A stretch of DNA of 63,761 bases, the filler included, from Octopus bimaculoides (Eukaryota), in assembly GCF_001194135.2 (NCBI RefSeq). It is 7 parts of 5 records of this genome, joined end to end, with 100 filler letters (N's around TTAATTAATTAA, not from the genome) between each part and the next. Parts side by side here need not be neighbours in the genome. Positions count along the whole stretch, not along the records: positions 16,807 to 36,724 come from NC_068996.1; 6 more parts are not named here. One strand, written 5' to 3'. Below the pieces are notes generated by a model, which saw nothing but the letters and a program-made list of their open reading frames with translations, searched no databases and was not told where the DNA came from. Below, in pieces: positions 22,461-36,294 of this stretch (positions within the stretch are counted from its first letter, which is position 1; each line of letters begins with the position of its first letter). Both the position numbers and the translations under genes were made by a program.

Positions 22461-24445
22461 TTAGTTAAGAGAGCATTGACGGGTGCCATCATCAACAACA
22501 GATGGTGGTATGCCCTAAAGAAAGCAATTAAAGCAGAATCGGTTAGGTACAGTAAGGTCCTAGTATTAGACCGAAATAGAAAAGAGGGAGAACTAGTTAA
22601 GAAATTAGAAGAGGTACTTAGAACTGGCATCGCGTCCAACGTACTGACAGCGAGGTTGGCCTTCAACGCCAAACACGAAGGATGCGTTGTCAGAGCTAGG
22701 ATGCGTGCTCTGATGAACGAAGGAGTTGGAGCCGCCCGATAGGCTCGAGTGGTGGAGGCACAAAGATGCAACAGAGCTACCATTAAGTCACTTACAGATG
22801 AACAGGGGCGCGAATTACTCGAGTCTGAAAGGATGTGTGAGGCCTTTCTACAACACTTTGCCCGACTGTTCGGGAAAACTGATGGGTCAGAACGCAGAGT
22901 GGACTTTAGTGCATACCTGCATGGCCTGCCACGACTCTCAGCAAGAGAGGCGGAGTGTTGTGAAAGACCCAGCGCAGCTGCGGACGTACGGGATGCGATG
23001 GCAGGCTGCGCGAGGGATACGTCACCGGGCTTGGATGGTCTGTCCTCCGAACTTTATTGTCACATGCCAGACTTGTTTGGAGGCGTCTTGGCAGCTGTCT
23101 ACTGCAACTAGCAGCAAAACGGGAGTATCCTCGTCTTTGTAAAGCGATGAGCGGTGGCACTGCTAAAGAAAGATCCAAACAAGGGGAACGTCATAGATAA
23201 CTTCAGGGAACGTCATATATAACTCTGCTCAACGCAGATTTGAAAATTTTAGCTAAGGTGTTAGCCGAGAGGTTGGCGCTTGTCATCGAGAAACTAGTCG
23301 ACAAGGCGCACACGTGAGCCGTGCCGGGTAGGCGTATCCATGACAACCTCCTTCAGTTAAGGAACCTGGCATGGGTGGGGCGCTGATCAATCAAAAGCTT
23401 TCGATAGGGTAGACCATCACTACTTGGAGGCTGTCCTTAAAGCGGTTGGTTTCGATCCCATCTTCCGCGGTTGGATCGCTGCCTTATACAGCGGCATCCG
23501 CTCGGTAGTTCACGCAAATGGTCATCTATCCAGACCATTTAACATCATNNNNNNNNNNNNNNNNNNNNNNNNNNNNNNNNNNNNNNNNNNNNNNNNNNNN
23601 NNNNNNNNNNNNNNNNNNNNNNNNNNNNNNNNNNNNNNNNNNNNNNNNNNNNNNNNNNNNNNNNNNNNNNNNNNNNNNNNNNNNNNNNNNNNNNNNNNNN
23701 NNNNNNNNNNNNNNNNNNNNNNNNNNNNNNNNNNNNNNNNNNNNNNNNNNNNNNNNNNNNNNNNNNNNNNNNNNNNNNNNNNNNNNNNNNNNNNNNNNGC
23801 TGGACCGCCGGACCGGTTAAACTGCTCGGAGTCTGGTTCGGTCCGGATCTCCAGATGGAGAAGAACTGGAGAGAAATAACGACTAGGGTAGCCACTCTCA
23901 CCCAGCAATGGGCCGAGAGGAAGCTGTCCCTAAAAGCTCGGGCGGAGGTGGCGAACGCGTACATCGCATCCGTCATTGAGTACCGTCTGACCGTCGTACC
24001 TTGTCCCGACCCTACCATCACCAAACTGGAACGCATACTCTTCCGCTTCTTGTGGAAGGGAAGCGTTCCGATGGTTAGGCGATCCATTTGCTGTCAGCAC
24101 CCGCTAAATGGAGGGCTAAGCATGCAGTGGTTGATGATGCGTAGACATGCGCTGAGACTGCGACATAGACGACGGTGAACAGGTGTGGTCGCCGTTTGTG
24201 CAGCACGCTTTCCCGCAGCTCGTCTCCTTGGCCGAACTGCAGTCGTGGATCAAACAGATCCCTTTATACATTTACATTTCTGTGATACACGATCCCTATT
24301 GATCGGCCCCACCTTTATTTTTCTTTCCACGATCCCTTTTGATCGGAATTCAACCCACTCTTTTTTCATTTTCTTCTTCTTCTTCCCAAAAAGAAAAGCT
24401 CTACTTTGTATTTTGTCCCCTGCGTGGCCAATAAAGAAACATAAC
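22461..24445 (+). mobile_element. Tx1/L1-clade LINE ORF2 (RT), frameshifted, jumping to 3' UTR at about 24260
   Basis: SPGLDGL, NFR.ITLLNADLKILAKVLAERL, AFDRVDHHYL, KLLGVWFG, RFLWKG; ends GGCCAATAAAGAAA; GC clearly above flanks. Confidence 0.9.
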
Positions 24446-24447
24446 TG

Positions 24448-24510
<63 letters not shown>

Positions 24511-24515
24511 CTCTG

Positions 24516-24965
24516 CCAACACCCGTTAAAAGGAGGGCTAGACACGCCGTGGTTGATGATGCGCAGACACGCACTGAGACTGCGACATCTCCGGCTCTAC
24601 GTAGACGACGGTGAACAGGTGTGGTCGCCCTTTGTGAGGCTCACTTTCCTGCAGCTCGTCTCCATGACCAAACCGCAGTCATTGATCAAAAAGAGGTCGA
24701 AGAAGAGCAAATTGCACCGCGAGTGTCGCGTTGCTCTCGAGCAACTATGCCGTCCCGGGTCGACCTTGGGCGACTGCAACACAACCAAAGCATTATATAG
24801 GAGATTAGTGGAGGGAAGGTACGACGACGATCTCGGGGCGAACCTGAGCGTCGACGAGGAATACCTGACCCGCCTGTTCAAGACAACTTTCGGGCCGGGA
24901 CCTATGGACAACTTCCAGGGATCCCTGGCCTCGAGAAGCGCAACCCGTTCGGGATAAGCTCGGGA
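24516..24965 (+). mobile_element. Second Tx1 fragment overlapping the same ORF2 region
   Basis: QHPLKGGL...WLMMRRHALRLRHLRLYVDDGEQVWSPFV; roughly 80 percent similar by eye to 24095-24260. Confidence 0.85.
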
Positions 24966-24969
24966 CTGA

Positions 24970-25215
24970 CAGGGTTTCAAACACAAGTGACATTATTCAA
25001 GTTTCTTCTATATCTTTGCTCTTTGGAATCTGATTCTGAAGCAATGTTTTTGTGAACTAGCATATGTCTTTTAAGTCCAGATATTGTTTTACAAGTTTTG
25101 TGTCTCATGACACAAGACGTAAGAAGTGATTGGTGTTCAAGGTTATTTCTTACCTGGGGCATTTTGATTTTTATGTGATGTGATATATGATTCACATATC
25201 TTGCTTTTGACAACA
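24970..25215 (-). mobile_element. C2H2 zinc-finger relic, probable C-terminus of an RTE/RTEX-type LINE ORF
   Basis: KTCKTISGLKRHMLVH and SKARYVNHISHH. Confidence 0.45.
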
Positions 25216-25216
25216 G

Positions 25217-25253
<37 letters not shown>

Positions 25254-25882
25254 ATTTGTGTATGTATACAGACGTCCCTATATATATAAATTGTCATTTA
25301 ATTTCTACCTTCCATGCTGGCATGGTTAAACGAAAATTACTATTTTTAAATCTCACAATGAGAGTTATTCAGCAACAACGATACACAGATATTGTTTTGA
25401 GCTGAGTGGGGGCACTAGATTCCCTTGTTCGAAAATATAAGGACACAGATCGTGTCGTATAGCCAGCTGGAGACGATGTCTCCTGGAGTTAAATTACAGC
25501 AACATTCGTCCTAAACCAGGACTGCCATGTTATGTTGGCAAACAATCTTTACTCCATGGTTGAACGAGTTGGACGAGTTGGCAAGCTGGGGTGCCGTACC
25601 ACACTATATTGTCTGCTTTGTAACATCAATCACTTTACAGAGTGTACTGTGTGCTTTTCATGTGGCATTGGCACCAGCATGTCCACCAACTAATTTGTGA
25701 GGTGAAGACATCTCAGGGAGAGGGAATGGAACTGTGGGAAGTGGTTTTGTGCCAGGTGAGCAGTTAAAATATGAAAGAGTGATAGAGATAGGTGTCATAC
25801 TGTAGAGATACTTGACTACCCCCATAGAAATAGAAAGGAGACAAAGGAGTTAAAGAGTTAAGAGAGAAAGAGACAAGGTGAC

Positions 25883-25915
<33 letters not shown>

Positions 25916-27054
25916 TGTGAGAGAGAGTAGGAAGTGGGAGAGAAATAGGTGGAGTTGGAGAAGCATCAGGATCTATCCCCAGGTAGAAGTGGTAAGAAGT
26001 GGGAATATAAGTGATGCAGATAGAATTGAAGGAGATGGTAGAAACTAACAATATTTTATTGTGGTTCAGTCGGTCTCTTACTACTCTCAGTCTCACCTGT
26101 AGGTACAAAGGATCTTCAGGTATGTTGCAAATTCAGATAAGTCAGAACTTGCTTTAAACTCCTGTACACCAACAGGTGAAACCCACAATAGCANNNNNNN
26201 NNNNNNNNNNNNNNNNNNNNNNNNNNNNNNNNNNNNNNNNNNNNNNNNNNNNNNNNNNNNNNNNNNNNNNNNACACACACACACGAACACACACACACTC
26301 AGTCTCCCATCTTTAGTATTGGTCACATTAAATGCAGGTCAGTTTTTAAAAAAATTAAAAAAACATATCATATATGTTGTTAGTAAATTAATTACTTTCC
26401 TTCTTGTAGAATTGTCTTCTTTGTCATGTCTGAACTTTGATGGATGACTTCTCTAGGATCACATGTGTGGAAGGGCTCAGTAAGACCTGAAATAAGGTGA
26501 TAATCACCAGAAAAATATATTAAAAGAGTGTTATATGTTAGGGAGCTGGATGAGCATAAGTCTGCTTGCCTTAATACTTGTTGCTAATAGTATAAAATTG
26601 AAAGCAAGCCAAAATAACATGGAGTGTTTGTCTCCTTCAACAGACATAAAGTACACAACTAATATGTGTCTTACATTCTTATATGATTGTGTTACCTTTA
26701 AGAAACATTTTTTAATCATCGAAATGAAAAATTCCACTTGAAAGATGAAATGAATGTTAAATTTTCATCCTCCTGTCAGTTATTTGTGATGGTTGGATGA
26801 TAACAAAATCATTGCAGGGGTGTGTCACCTGGTGACTGATCCCAGTAATACAAATAGTTTTACTTTTTGTATGGCAATTCTGTTGAGCAAAATATGAGCC
26901 ACAATACAATTGACTTGAAAGAAGATAAAATTTGAAATGAAGTTTAACCTAGTTTATTTATTATAAATTTTATGGTTTCATACTTAATTCCTCTGAAACT
27001 GTATTGCATTTACATGCACAGACTCATACATTTTCCTTTGCAAAACCAGTTTGA

Positions 27055-27330
27055 TACATTAACTACCGCATGTACTCCACTGGTGATTCATCACAAATTC
27101 CACACAACTTGTGTATGTACCATTGGTAGTACATTTCCATAATTTGAGAAAATATCTTATTCTGTGTCTTTGACATGGTTTTGAGGATACTTAAATAGCA
27201 TGAAAATTTAATGAAATATTGCAAAAATGCAAAGAAATTACATTTCCTTGTAATTAAACATTATGCAGTGTTATTAAAAATATGTGGTGTCACCGATAAG
27301 TTCTAGTTACAGGCTGTGGCAGTTAATGTG
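27055..27330. mobile_element. piggyBac-type MITE
   Basis: Right end GTGGCAGTTAATGTG|TTAA intact; left end degenerate TTGA|TACATTAACTACCGC. Confidence 0.7.
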
Positions 27331-27789
27331 TTAAAATATCCTTCAATTACCGTATGATGAAACATGTTAATTTTTTTTCTCACAAAATATACTTGTAAAA
27401 TAGGGGTGCATCTTTTACACCTGTAAATACATCATGTCTAATGCAATAAACATCAGAATATATTTCTGCTATTAATTGCTGCAAAGATCTTCAGTGCTTT
27501 GAAGGAAATTATGTAGATCTGGTTATGATTTTGAATTATATCTAGTAGTGAGATCTTGAGAATACCTCTTGGTTACTGTTGTTCCCGGGTTTAATTTGAT
27601 CCAGAGAAGTAGCACCTATCAGGATCCCTATTATGGTACAGATACAGGTCAGCTGTGAATATGGGAATAAACAGCCTTGGACTAAAGTACTGGTTGCACC
27701 TTGGCAAGACCTAGCAACTAGTAACCACCTGAGCCAAAGTTATGCTGAAATCATGGGATGCAGCGTGGTGGATGTGAACAATTTCAGCT

Positions 27790-27935
27790 GATTAACCTAT
27801 GGAGTTCATCTGAATCATTGACAAATATCGCTTGATGCTGAGCAGGTGAACAAACACAGACTCTGCCAATAGCCAAGATCAACTGCTTCATTTAGTGAAC
27901 TACTGCTATCATCTGTATTTATTGATAGATGAGGC
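27790..27935 (-). repeat. Diverged monomer of the 13150-13665 tandem unit
   Basis: Reverse complement CAGATGATAGCAGTAGTTCACTAAATGAAGCAGTTGATCTTGGC aligns to unit 3. Confidence 0.6.
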
Positions 27936-28524
27936 ATTGAGTTATTGAAAGAGCAATGTGATTTATTGGTCAGGGGAAGTCACCTGACTGGAAGATGAAG
28001 ACAAGGTAAACAGTAACTGTGTGAAAAGCTATGATATAGACAGGTCCACCTTAGCAACATTATTGACCCCTAGGCAAGTCTATTCACTGGGCTCCATGCT
28101 ATTTATTGTCTGCAAGCCACAACATATATACATGGCATTGTATATAGGGTGTTCTTGTTTAAGGGGAGTAGAATCCACACTTCACCTCGAGTTTAAAACC
28201 AACATTTTGTCTTTGGAGGCCATTCTAATGTAAGAATTATGAGCAGTTCTGTGGGCTGAGTTAAGCACCAACTTGTAGATGTTTCTCTGCTCACTCAAAA
28301 TTGTTTTGATGGTCTTGTAAACGGTTCAGAAGGCAACGCACTTCTAATTTTGTCTCAGACTTAAAAATGGAAATAGACATCATTGTGTCTGTTTATATAT
28401 ATACATCTTTGTATGCATGCATGTATGTTCATAGTCGCACTGCATACTTAACTCCCCCTACACACACATAAGTGTGTGTACATGTGTCTGTATGTATCAA
28501 CGATACTGAGAAAAGGTTGAAAAT

Positions 28525-28860
28525 GTGTTAAATATTTATACATACATAGATACACACACACATACACACATACATACGTACATACACACATACATACGTA
28601 CATACACACATATACACATATATACATACATACATAGATACATCACATATACATACCTACATACACACATACATACACGCACATACATACGTACATACAC
28701 ACATATACACATATATACATACATACATACACACACACATACACACATACATACGTACATACACACACATACACATATATACATACATACACACGTATAT
28801 ACATATATACATACATACACAAACATATACATACATATGCATACACACATACACACACAT

Positions 28861-28890
<30 letters not shown>
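28525..28890. repeat. Compound (TACA/CA/TA)n microsatellite
   Basis: Direct reading. Confidence 0.9.
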
Positions 28891-28893
<3 letters not shown>

Positions 28894-28896
28894 ATA

Positions 28897-30176
28897 CAGG
28901 ATGCAATGAATGAATTATTGTCTAATTTACACAAAAAAGAAAATAACACTGACATCTCATTTTAACAAATGTATTCACCAAAATTACACAAAAATATCTT
29001 GAAATACTAAAGAGTAAATTTATTCAATAAAATCACCATTGGCTCCAACCACGACCTCCAGATGACTTCAGAATCTCCTGCAACTCTTCTGGATGGTCAC
29101 CTTGTTGGTGAACCTTACCACAATCCTTGCTTCCAGTTCGTCTTTCGTGTGTTACAAGCAGTTTGGCTGGTCTCTCGCTCAACTGTGCACTATACATAAT
29201 AATCGGTCTGGGGAGTTAGGTGGCCAGATGTTACGGGTAATGTGGTCGCAGAAATTGTCTGACAACTGTGACTGGGTTCTCCTACTTGTGTGGCATGGTG
29301 CCAAGTCCTGTTACCAAACATTGGGTATTCCAGCAGCCACCCTCTTGACCCAGGACAGCACGACTTCCTCCAGGCACTTGATGTAAGCCTCTGTGTTGAG
29401 TGTGAGGCTGTGTGGGAAGATGAATGTAGGTACAATGTCACTATCACTAGTGATCACTTCAAACACCATGATATTGATTGATATCACACATGATATCACT
29501 CTCAGTATATGTTTTGGGGACACCCCAAGCCAACGGTTGTTCTCTATGTTTACCATCTGATCCTGGCAGAATTTTTTCTCATCTGAGAAAAACCAAAGGA
29601 TGTTCAGTTGGAAGGGATGCTTGAGTTTGTTCGAAAGCTTCGTAGCATGGACGTTTTTCTTGTCCTTGATGGTTTGGGATGAAAATTGGCCCTTTCTCAT
29701 CTTGTATGAAGAATAATGAATGTCTTCAGCACTTCATGCTTGATAAGAAACTTAGACACTCCCATGTCCCTGGCAATGGACCCGATTGACTTGGAGGGAT
29801 CATCGTCAATCATGGCCTGGATCTCACCAACAAATTCAGGAGTTCTTTTCTTATCAGAACAATCAGAGTGGGTTTTCCAAGTTGCTATATTTTCATAATG
29901 GCTATTAGATTCATCCAACTCTATCCGAATCCTCTGCACTGTCCTCAGATTGACACCCAAACACTCTGAAATGTTCGTATTGGAGCTTCTGGCATGAATG
30001 CCAAGCACACAGCATGTCATTTTCAAATTTCTGGCAGAGTGAATTGCATCATGGTGCAATTTTTCTCAAAGACAGTGCTCAACTGACCCTACTATACTGT
30101 GTAGTTGACAAAATTAAAAAACAAACAATATTAAGTTAAAAATATAAAATGACGACAATTTACCCATCATACCCTG
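28897..30176 (-). mobile_element. Near-full-length Tc1/mariner-superfamily element, maT (DD37D)-like, pseudogenised
   Basis: Degenerate CAGG TIRs at both ends; HTH VNLRTVQRIR, FFSDEKKF, QDLAPCH, WPPNSPD; frameshifts and stops; small deletion over the third D. Confidence 0.85.
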
Positions 30177-30334
30177 TGAAGTCAGGTATTTTGGGAGTTG
30201 AATATATATTTACTTTTTTAACCATGTAACTTCCATAGGATTATGGCCAAGTGGCAACCTTCTTCATGTAGAATTAATTTCAGTATGGAAGATATTCTGC
30301 ATGCATGTTTGCATTAATAGGTATGCTTAGCGCT

Positions 30335-30805
30335 AGACGTCAAGCTAAGTGAGATGATAATCATGGCCGATGCCAGGGTCATGTAACTGGCCCATTAAAA
30401 GCACCCTTCAATCGTTGGGCAATATGCTGTGCTTGTGAAGACCTGTTGAACCAAGTGAAATCATAGTCATGGGCAATACCAGTTCCATCTGACTGGCATG
30501 TAAAAAGCACCATTTGAGCGTTGGGCCTCGTGGAGGCAGTGACAGTTGACCAAGACCCTTGGCAATATACTGTGCTTGTGTTGACCTGCCAAGCCAAGTA
30601 AGTCTGTCGTCATGGCTGATACTGGTGTCAGGTCAATGGCACTTGTGCCAGTAGCACATAAAAAGCACCCATTACACTCTCGGAGTGGTTGGCATTAGGA
30701 AGGACATCCAGCTGTAGAAACTCTCCAAATCAGATTGGAATCTGGTGCAGCCCCCATCTTACCAGTTTGTCCAACCCATGCCAGCATGGAAAGCAGACAT
30801 TAAGG
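30335..30805 (+). mobile_element. RTE 3' UTR fragment
   Basis: AAAAGCACC repeats; terminus CCAACCCATGCCAGCATGGAAAGCAGAC. Confidence 0.7.
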
Positions 30806-31506
30806 AAAAAAAGAAAAGAAAAATGTAATACAGTTGTGTATTCACAAATTAATGCAAGTAAAAGGCCAGCACTTCAGATCCCTTGAACAACAGGATTACA
30901 TCAACAGTTTAACTCTAAATACACAAACAAAATTCACTCTTTATAAACACTTCAGTCTATTGAGGACCTGAACTAGACAAAATGACATTAATTTGGTCAA
31001 TAAAAGGTAAACACCCTAGTTGAGATATATTGTGATGCTATTATTAAAGGAAAAAATTTCTTCATATATGAACACCCACATATCAACTAATTTAAAGTGC
31101 CAGGCAGAAAAGGAGGAATTAACAGCCCTTAATTTTAAAAAAGATAACAAAAGGAGAAAAACAAGAGATGCTCAAGAGGTAAAGTAAATATAAAATAACA
31201 TAAAATGTATAAAATATAAGCAAAAAATATAGAAGCATTATTAATGTAAGTAATTCCACAGATGGTGAACTGAAGATTCTACAGAATCCATGAAAGAAAT
31301 CATAAAGATAGGAAGTCAAACTAATAAAGTTCAACAGCAATAAACTTTTAGTGGAAGCCAAGGAGATCACAAAAACATCATAGAAAGCATTTGAGCTTTC
31401 AGGAATTTATTCATATATCAACCATACCTCAAAATACGATATTAATCTGGAGGTAAACAAAGTACATACAAGCACAGAAACACATACACCCACGTTCTTG
31501 CATATA

Positions 31507-31557
<51 letters not shown>

Positions 31558-32449
31558 NNNNNNNNNNNNNNNNNNNNNNNNNNNNNNNNNNNNNNNNNNN
31601 NNNNNNNNNNNNNNNNNNNNNNNNNNNNNNNNNNNNNNNNNNNNNNNNNNNNNNNNNNNNNNNNNNNNNNNNNNNNNNNNNNNNNNNNNNNNNNNNNNNN
31701 NNNNNNNNNNNNNNNNNNNNNNNNNNNNNNNNNNNNNNNNNNNNNNNNNNNNNNNNNNNNNNNNNNNNNNNNNNNNNNNNNNNNNNNNNNNNNNNNNNNN
31801 NNNNNNNNNNNNNNNNNNNNNNNNNNNNNNNNNNNNNNNNNNNNNNNNNNNNNNNNNNNNNNNNNNNNNNNNNNNNNNNNNNNNNNNNNNNNNNNNNNNN
31901 NNNNNNNNNNNNNNNNNNNNNNNNNNNNNNNNNNNNNNNNNNNNNNNNNNNNNNNNNNNNNNNNNNNNNNNNNNNNNNNNNNNNNNNNNNNNNNNNNNNN
32001 NNNNNNNNNNNNNNNNNNNNNNNNNNNNNNNNNNNNNNNNNNNNNNNNNNNNNNNNNNNNNNNNNNNNNNNNNNNNNNNNNNNNNNNNNNNNNNNNNNNN
32101 NNNNNNNNNNNNNNNNNNNNNNNNNNNNNNNNNNNNNNNNNNNNNNNNNNNNNNNNNNNNNNNNNNNNNNNNNNNNNNNNNNNNNNNNNNNNNNNNNNNN
32201 NNNNNNNNNNNNNNNNNNNNNNNNNNNNNNNNNNNNNNNNNNNNNNNNNNNNNNNNNNNNNNNNNNNNNNNNNNNNNNNNNNNNNNNNNNNNNNNNNNNN
32301 NNNNNNNNNNNNNNNNNNNNNNNNNNNNNNNNNNNNNNNNNNNNNNNNNNNNNNNNNNNNNNNNNNNNNNNNNNNNNNNNNNNNNNNNNNNNNNNNNNNN
32401 NNNNNNNNNNNNNNNNNNNNNNNNNNNNNNNNNNNNNNNNNNNNNNNAG

Positions 32450-33315
32450 GCGGATATTTTTAGTATGAAGTGGTAAAGATTGTGATGTGCTGAATAAAGA
32501 GAGAACAGTACTTGAAGTGTAGTTTCATTCCAGTGGTAAATATCCGTGTAGAAATCCGTGCAAAGTAATCCTTGTGTAAATAATCCGGAAATTTATGTTG
32601 GAACGAAAGTTGATATAGCATAGATAGCAGAGGTACATATATTCCATATTGCGATGGATTTTTGCTTGTTTACTTGAAGGATGTCCAAGTCAAGTGAAAA
32701 GTGAGCGGTAATTAGGTCAAGTCAAGAAGACAGAATGTGAAAGATATAGAGGCGGAGGATGGTAGCGATATATTTATGGTCAGTTGGTCTTAACAGGGTA
32801 GAGGGGATGAGAATATAGAGTAAAGGAGGAATAGGGGGATGAGGTTAAAAGGTCTAGTGCGTAGGAAGGAATGCGTGTGTGTAGTATATAGGTGGTGGGG
32901 GTATGAGTGATAAACCAAGGACAGAGATAAAGGAAAGGGATGGGTGGGAAAGGTAGTTAGTAGTATCATATTTTAGGATGCTGCCAAGCTTATTTATAGA
33001 CAGTGGAAAGGGATTGAAAGAGGTGACGTAGTCTGTTTGTGTAGGTGGTGTTCTTGTGAAATTGAGAATAGGAGAAATAGATTTGGTGGTATATGTGTGG
33101 TGAGATGATCGAAAGGAAATAATCCTATTCGAAAGATGGTGAAAGATGGATGTTTTTGCCAGGTTGAATAGGTTGTCTGTGGGGGGTTGTGTTATTATGT
33201 TGCGTGATCATTTGTGCAATTTTGCTTGTGATAGAACCTGAATGTGTGAAAAGAGCGGTGATTACAGTTGCTAAACGCTTCGTTATATCGATTAAGTAGA
33301 GTGGGAGAATTGTAN
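32450..33315 (-). mobile_element. Degenerate Penelope-like relic (endonuclease end then ORF start, pLTR-like)
   Basis: SLSFISVLGLSLI and RITLHGFL / TGMKLHFK resemble PLE C- and N-terminal motifs; heavily frameshifted. Confidence 0.35.
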
Positions 33316-33414
33316 NNNNNNNNNNNNNNNNNNNNNNNNNNNNNNNNNNNNNNNNNNNNNNNNNNNNNNNNNNNNNNNNNNNNNNNNNNNNNNNNNNNNN
33401 NNNNNNNNNNNNNN

Positions 33415-33458
<44 letters not shown>

Positions 33459-33789
33459 CACAATGCCTTGATACAGTAAATTCTAAATGTAATCATTTTT
33501 TCTCAAAACAAACATAAAGCACGGAGGTTACAAATACATATTTTCAGCAGCTGAGATAATAGTTTCTGGAACACCAAGAAACAAGACTCTTTCGGAAACA
33601 CCGAAGTTATCGACGAAATTGTCAATAACAACAACAAAAACACCAAACAGCAGCAATAGTGTCATCAACTACAATAAAACCAAAACAAACATGGACAACA
33701 GCAACAAAAACAAAATCAACAGCTAGTACAACAACACAAAGAACAAGTCAAAAGACGGTTGCACAAGACTATGGTAAAACTGAGAGTGG

Positions 33790-34640
33790 TCGTAACATAA
33801 AAGTTGAAACTAGAGGTATGTTACAAAGATAACAAGAAAGAAGATTTTGTTAGTTTATTTCACAATTTTCACATGATGTGATGAAAAATGGCGTAGACCC
33901 AAAGTGCCGATACTTCACTCTGGGTGAAAGGTTTTAGCACCTGTAGAGTACAAATCAAGACATGAGAGAGTTGGCTAATATCTACATTGGATAATGTGTC
34001 AGCATTATAAAATCAAAACTACAGACAAATGGTACAAGCACCACCCTGAGGTTGTAACTGAGGGAGAAAATGTAACTATTCTTTGAGACTTCTCAGTATG
34101 TACAGACCGGACCATCAAAGCAAATAAACCAGATATTGTTGTGAAGGACAAAAGCAATAAAGTCTGTTTATTGATCAACATGAGCATACCCTGTGGCTAT
34201 AATATCTTGGCAAAAGAATTTGAAAAGTTCAGAAAATATAAGGATTTGCTGATTGAGATCGAAAAGATGTGGCATCTCAAGACGGTTAGAATACCAGTGA
34301 TTGTAGGAGCACTTGGAATGATCAAAAAAGGAACTGAAAATTATTCAAGAATGATCCTTGGTTTACCATCCATGCAGGAAGTGCAAAAGGTTGTCTTAAC
34401 TGGTAACTGGTCACATGTGTTGAGAAGAGCATTGTCGCTGGGAATTTTCTTTCCTTTTCCCCCTATATTCTGTTGTATTTCATCTATTTTTTTTCCTTTT
34501 TCGCTCTGTCTTCCTCTTTATCTCTATCACATGACTGTAAATTAACAGTCTGGTGTGCTTGTTTTAATGGCCTACCAATGTATACAGTACGTTTCCCTGT
34601 CCTAAGTATCAGGAAGACACTCGGCAAGAAATGGAAACAG
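33790..34640 (+). mobile_element. R4/Dong fragment 1 (RLE domain plus UTR)
   Basis: KWYKHHPEVVTEGENVTIL ... ANKPDIVVKDK ... KYKDLLIEIEKMW ... PVIVGALG; followed by (ATG)n. Confidence 0.85.
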
Positions 34641-34759
34641 AATTGAAAAGAAGATGCTAATGAAAATGATGATGATGATGATTACGATGATGATGATGAT
34701 GATGATGATGACGATGATGATGACGATGATGATGACGATGATGATGATAATTCTTTGTT

Positions 34760-36195
34760 TATTGACCATAAATACATGGTCAGTGAGAATTGGAGGCAGA
34801 CCTCAAGCTATAGACAACAAAATGAGAGACCTAGACTCACTGATCCAAGCAGTGAGATCATTCAGTAAAGATATTGCAGTTTGGGATAAATAAGTGAGCA
34901 GAACTAATTATGAAGAGAAACAGGAAGGTGAGATCTAATGGCATAAAACTACCACAAGACAACATTATTCGATGACCGTAGGATAACGAGGGGTACAAAT
35001 ATCAAAGAGTACTGCAAGACAATAGATAGGATAATGGAAAGAGAAGTGAGAGAGAATAAGAGTACAAGAGGAGAATAAGAAGGTACTCGGAACAAAATTA
35101 AATGAAGGGAACGTTATTAAAGCCATAAATACTTGGGCTCAGCCAGTATTGAGATACTCTGCTTCCTTTCTGAAATGGACAAAAATCAAGCTGCAGAACT
35201 TAGACAGAAAAACTAGAAAGCTGCTCACAATGTACAACGCACTCCACCCAAAAGGTAATACCGACAGACTCTATCTACCAAGAAAGGAAGGAAGGAGGCA
35301 GGGGATTGCTAAATGTAGAAAACGTGTTAATAATGATATACAGAGTCTGTAAAACTATACTGTGCAGGATAAAGAAAGAATACTATTGACAGCCAGAGAT
35401 TCTCCAAAAGTGGCTGAAACAGTGGGAGAATTCAACGACAGAAAGAAGAACAGAACAAATAAGTGGAAAGGAATGGAACTGCATGGCCAATTCGTGCAAC
35501 AAACCGAAAATGCTGGAACTAAAGATCGCTGGCAAGCACTTAAAATAATTCTGACAAAGGCAAATATTGACAAGACTTGGTCAGACAGCAAATGTTGAAT
35601 TTGCAGGAAAGGAGATGAAAGTATCAATCATATTTTGTGTAAGTACAGTGTACTAGAACAAAAAGAGTATAAGCGCAGGCATGACTGTCTAGGTAAAAGA
35701 ATGCATTTGGACGTTGGCCGCGTGTATGGCTTCAAAACAAAATAACAATTGGTATGAACACGAACCTGAGGCTGTGATAGAAAATGCAAATTACAAGATC
35801 TTGTGGGATTTCCTTATAAAAACTGGCCATACTATTGAAGCAAGAAATGGTTATAGAGGACAAAATAAACAAACAGTGCAATTCCCCTTGATAGCAGAGT
35901 CGATAATAAAGAAATGGAAAAAAATTGCGAAATACCTGTATCTAGCCAGAGAGTTGAGGAGACAGTGGAAGACCAAGACAACAATTATTTCTATGGTAAT
36001 TGGTGCACTTGGTACAATATTAAAAATGCTTCCTAAAAGACTGAAAGGGATAAGAATTGGAACTCTTATTGTCGATCAGCAGAAAAGTGTCATCTTATAT
36101 TCTGCATGAATCCTGAGAAAAATTCTTGAGATTTGAGGAGACCTATTGCCACAAAACCTCAAGAGAAAATACCTGCAAGCTAAATTAGCATGGCT
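34760..36195 (+). mobile_element. R4/Dong fragment 2 (RT C-terminus, CCHC, RLE)
   Basis: KAINTWA.PVLRYS, LDRKTRKLLTMYNALHPK, LYLPRKEG, LHGQF, C*ICRKGDESINHILC, WYEHEPE, VIGALG; followed by (ATA)n 36198-36290. Confidence 0.9.
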
Positions 36196-36198
36196 AGC

Positions 36199-36294
<96 letters not shown>

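Noticed and set aside
26097-26479. Exon candidates 26097-26161 (-; EFKASSDLSEFATYLKILCTY) and 26410-26479 (+)
   Set aside because: Splice-like signals only; the plus candidate has stops in all frames; no homology recognised and no consistent exon chain
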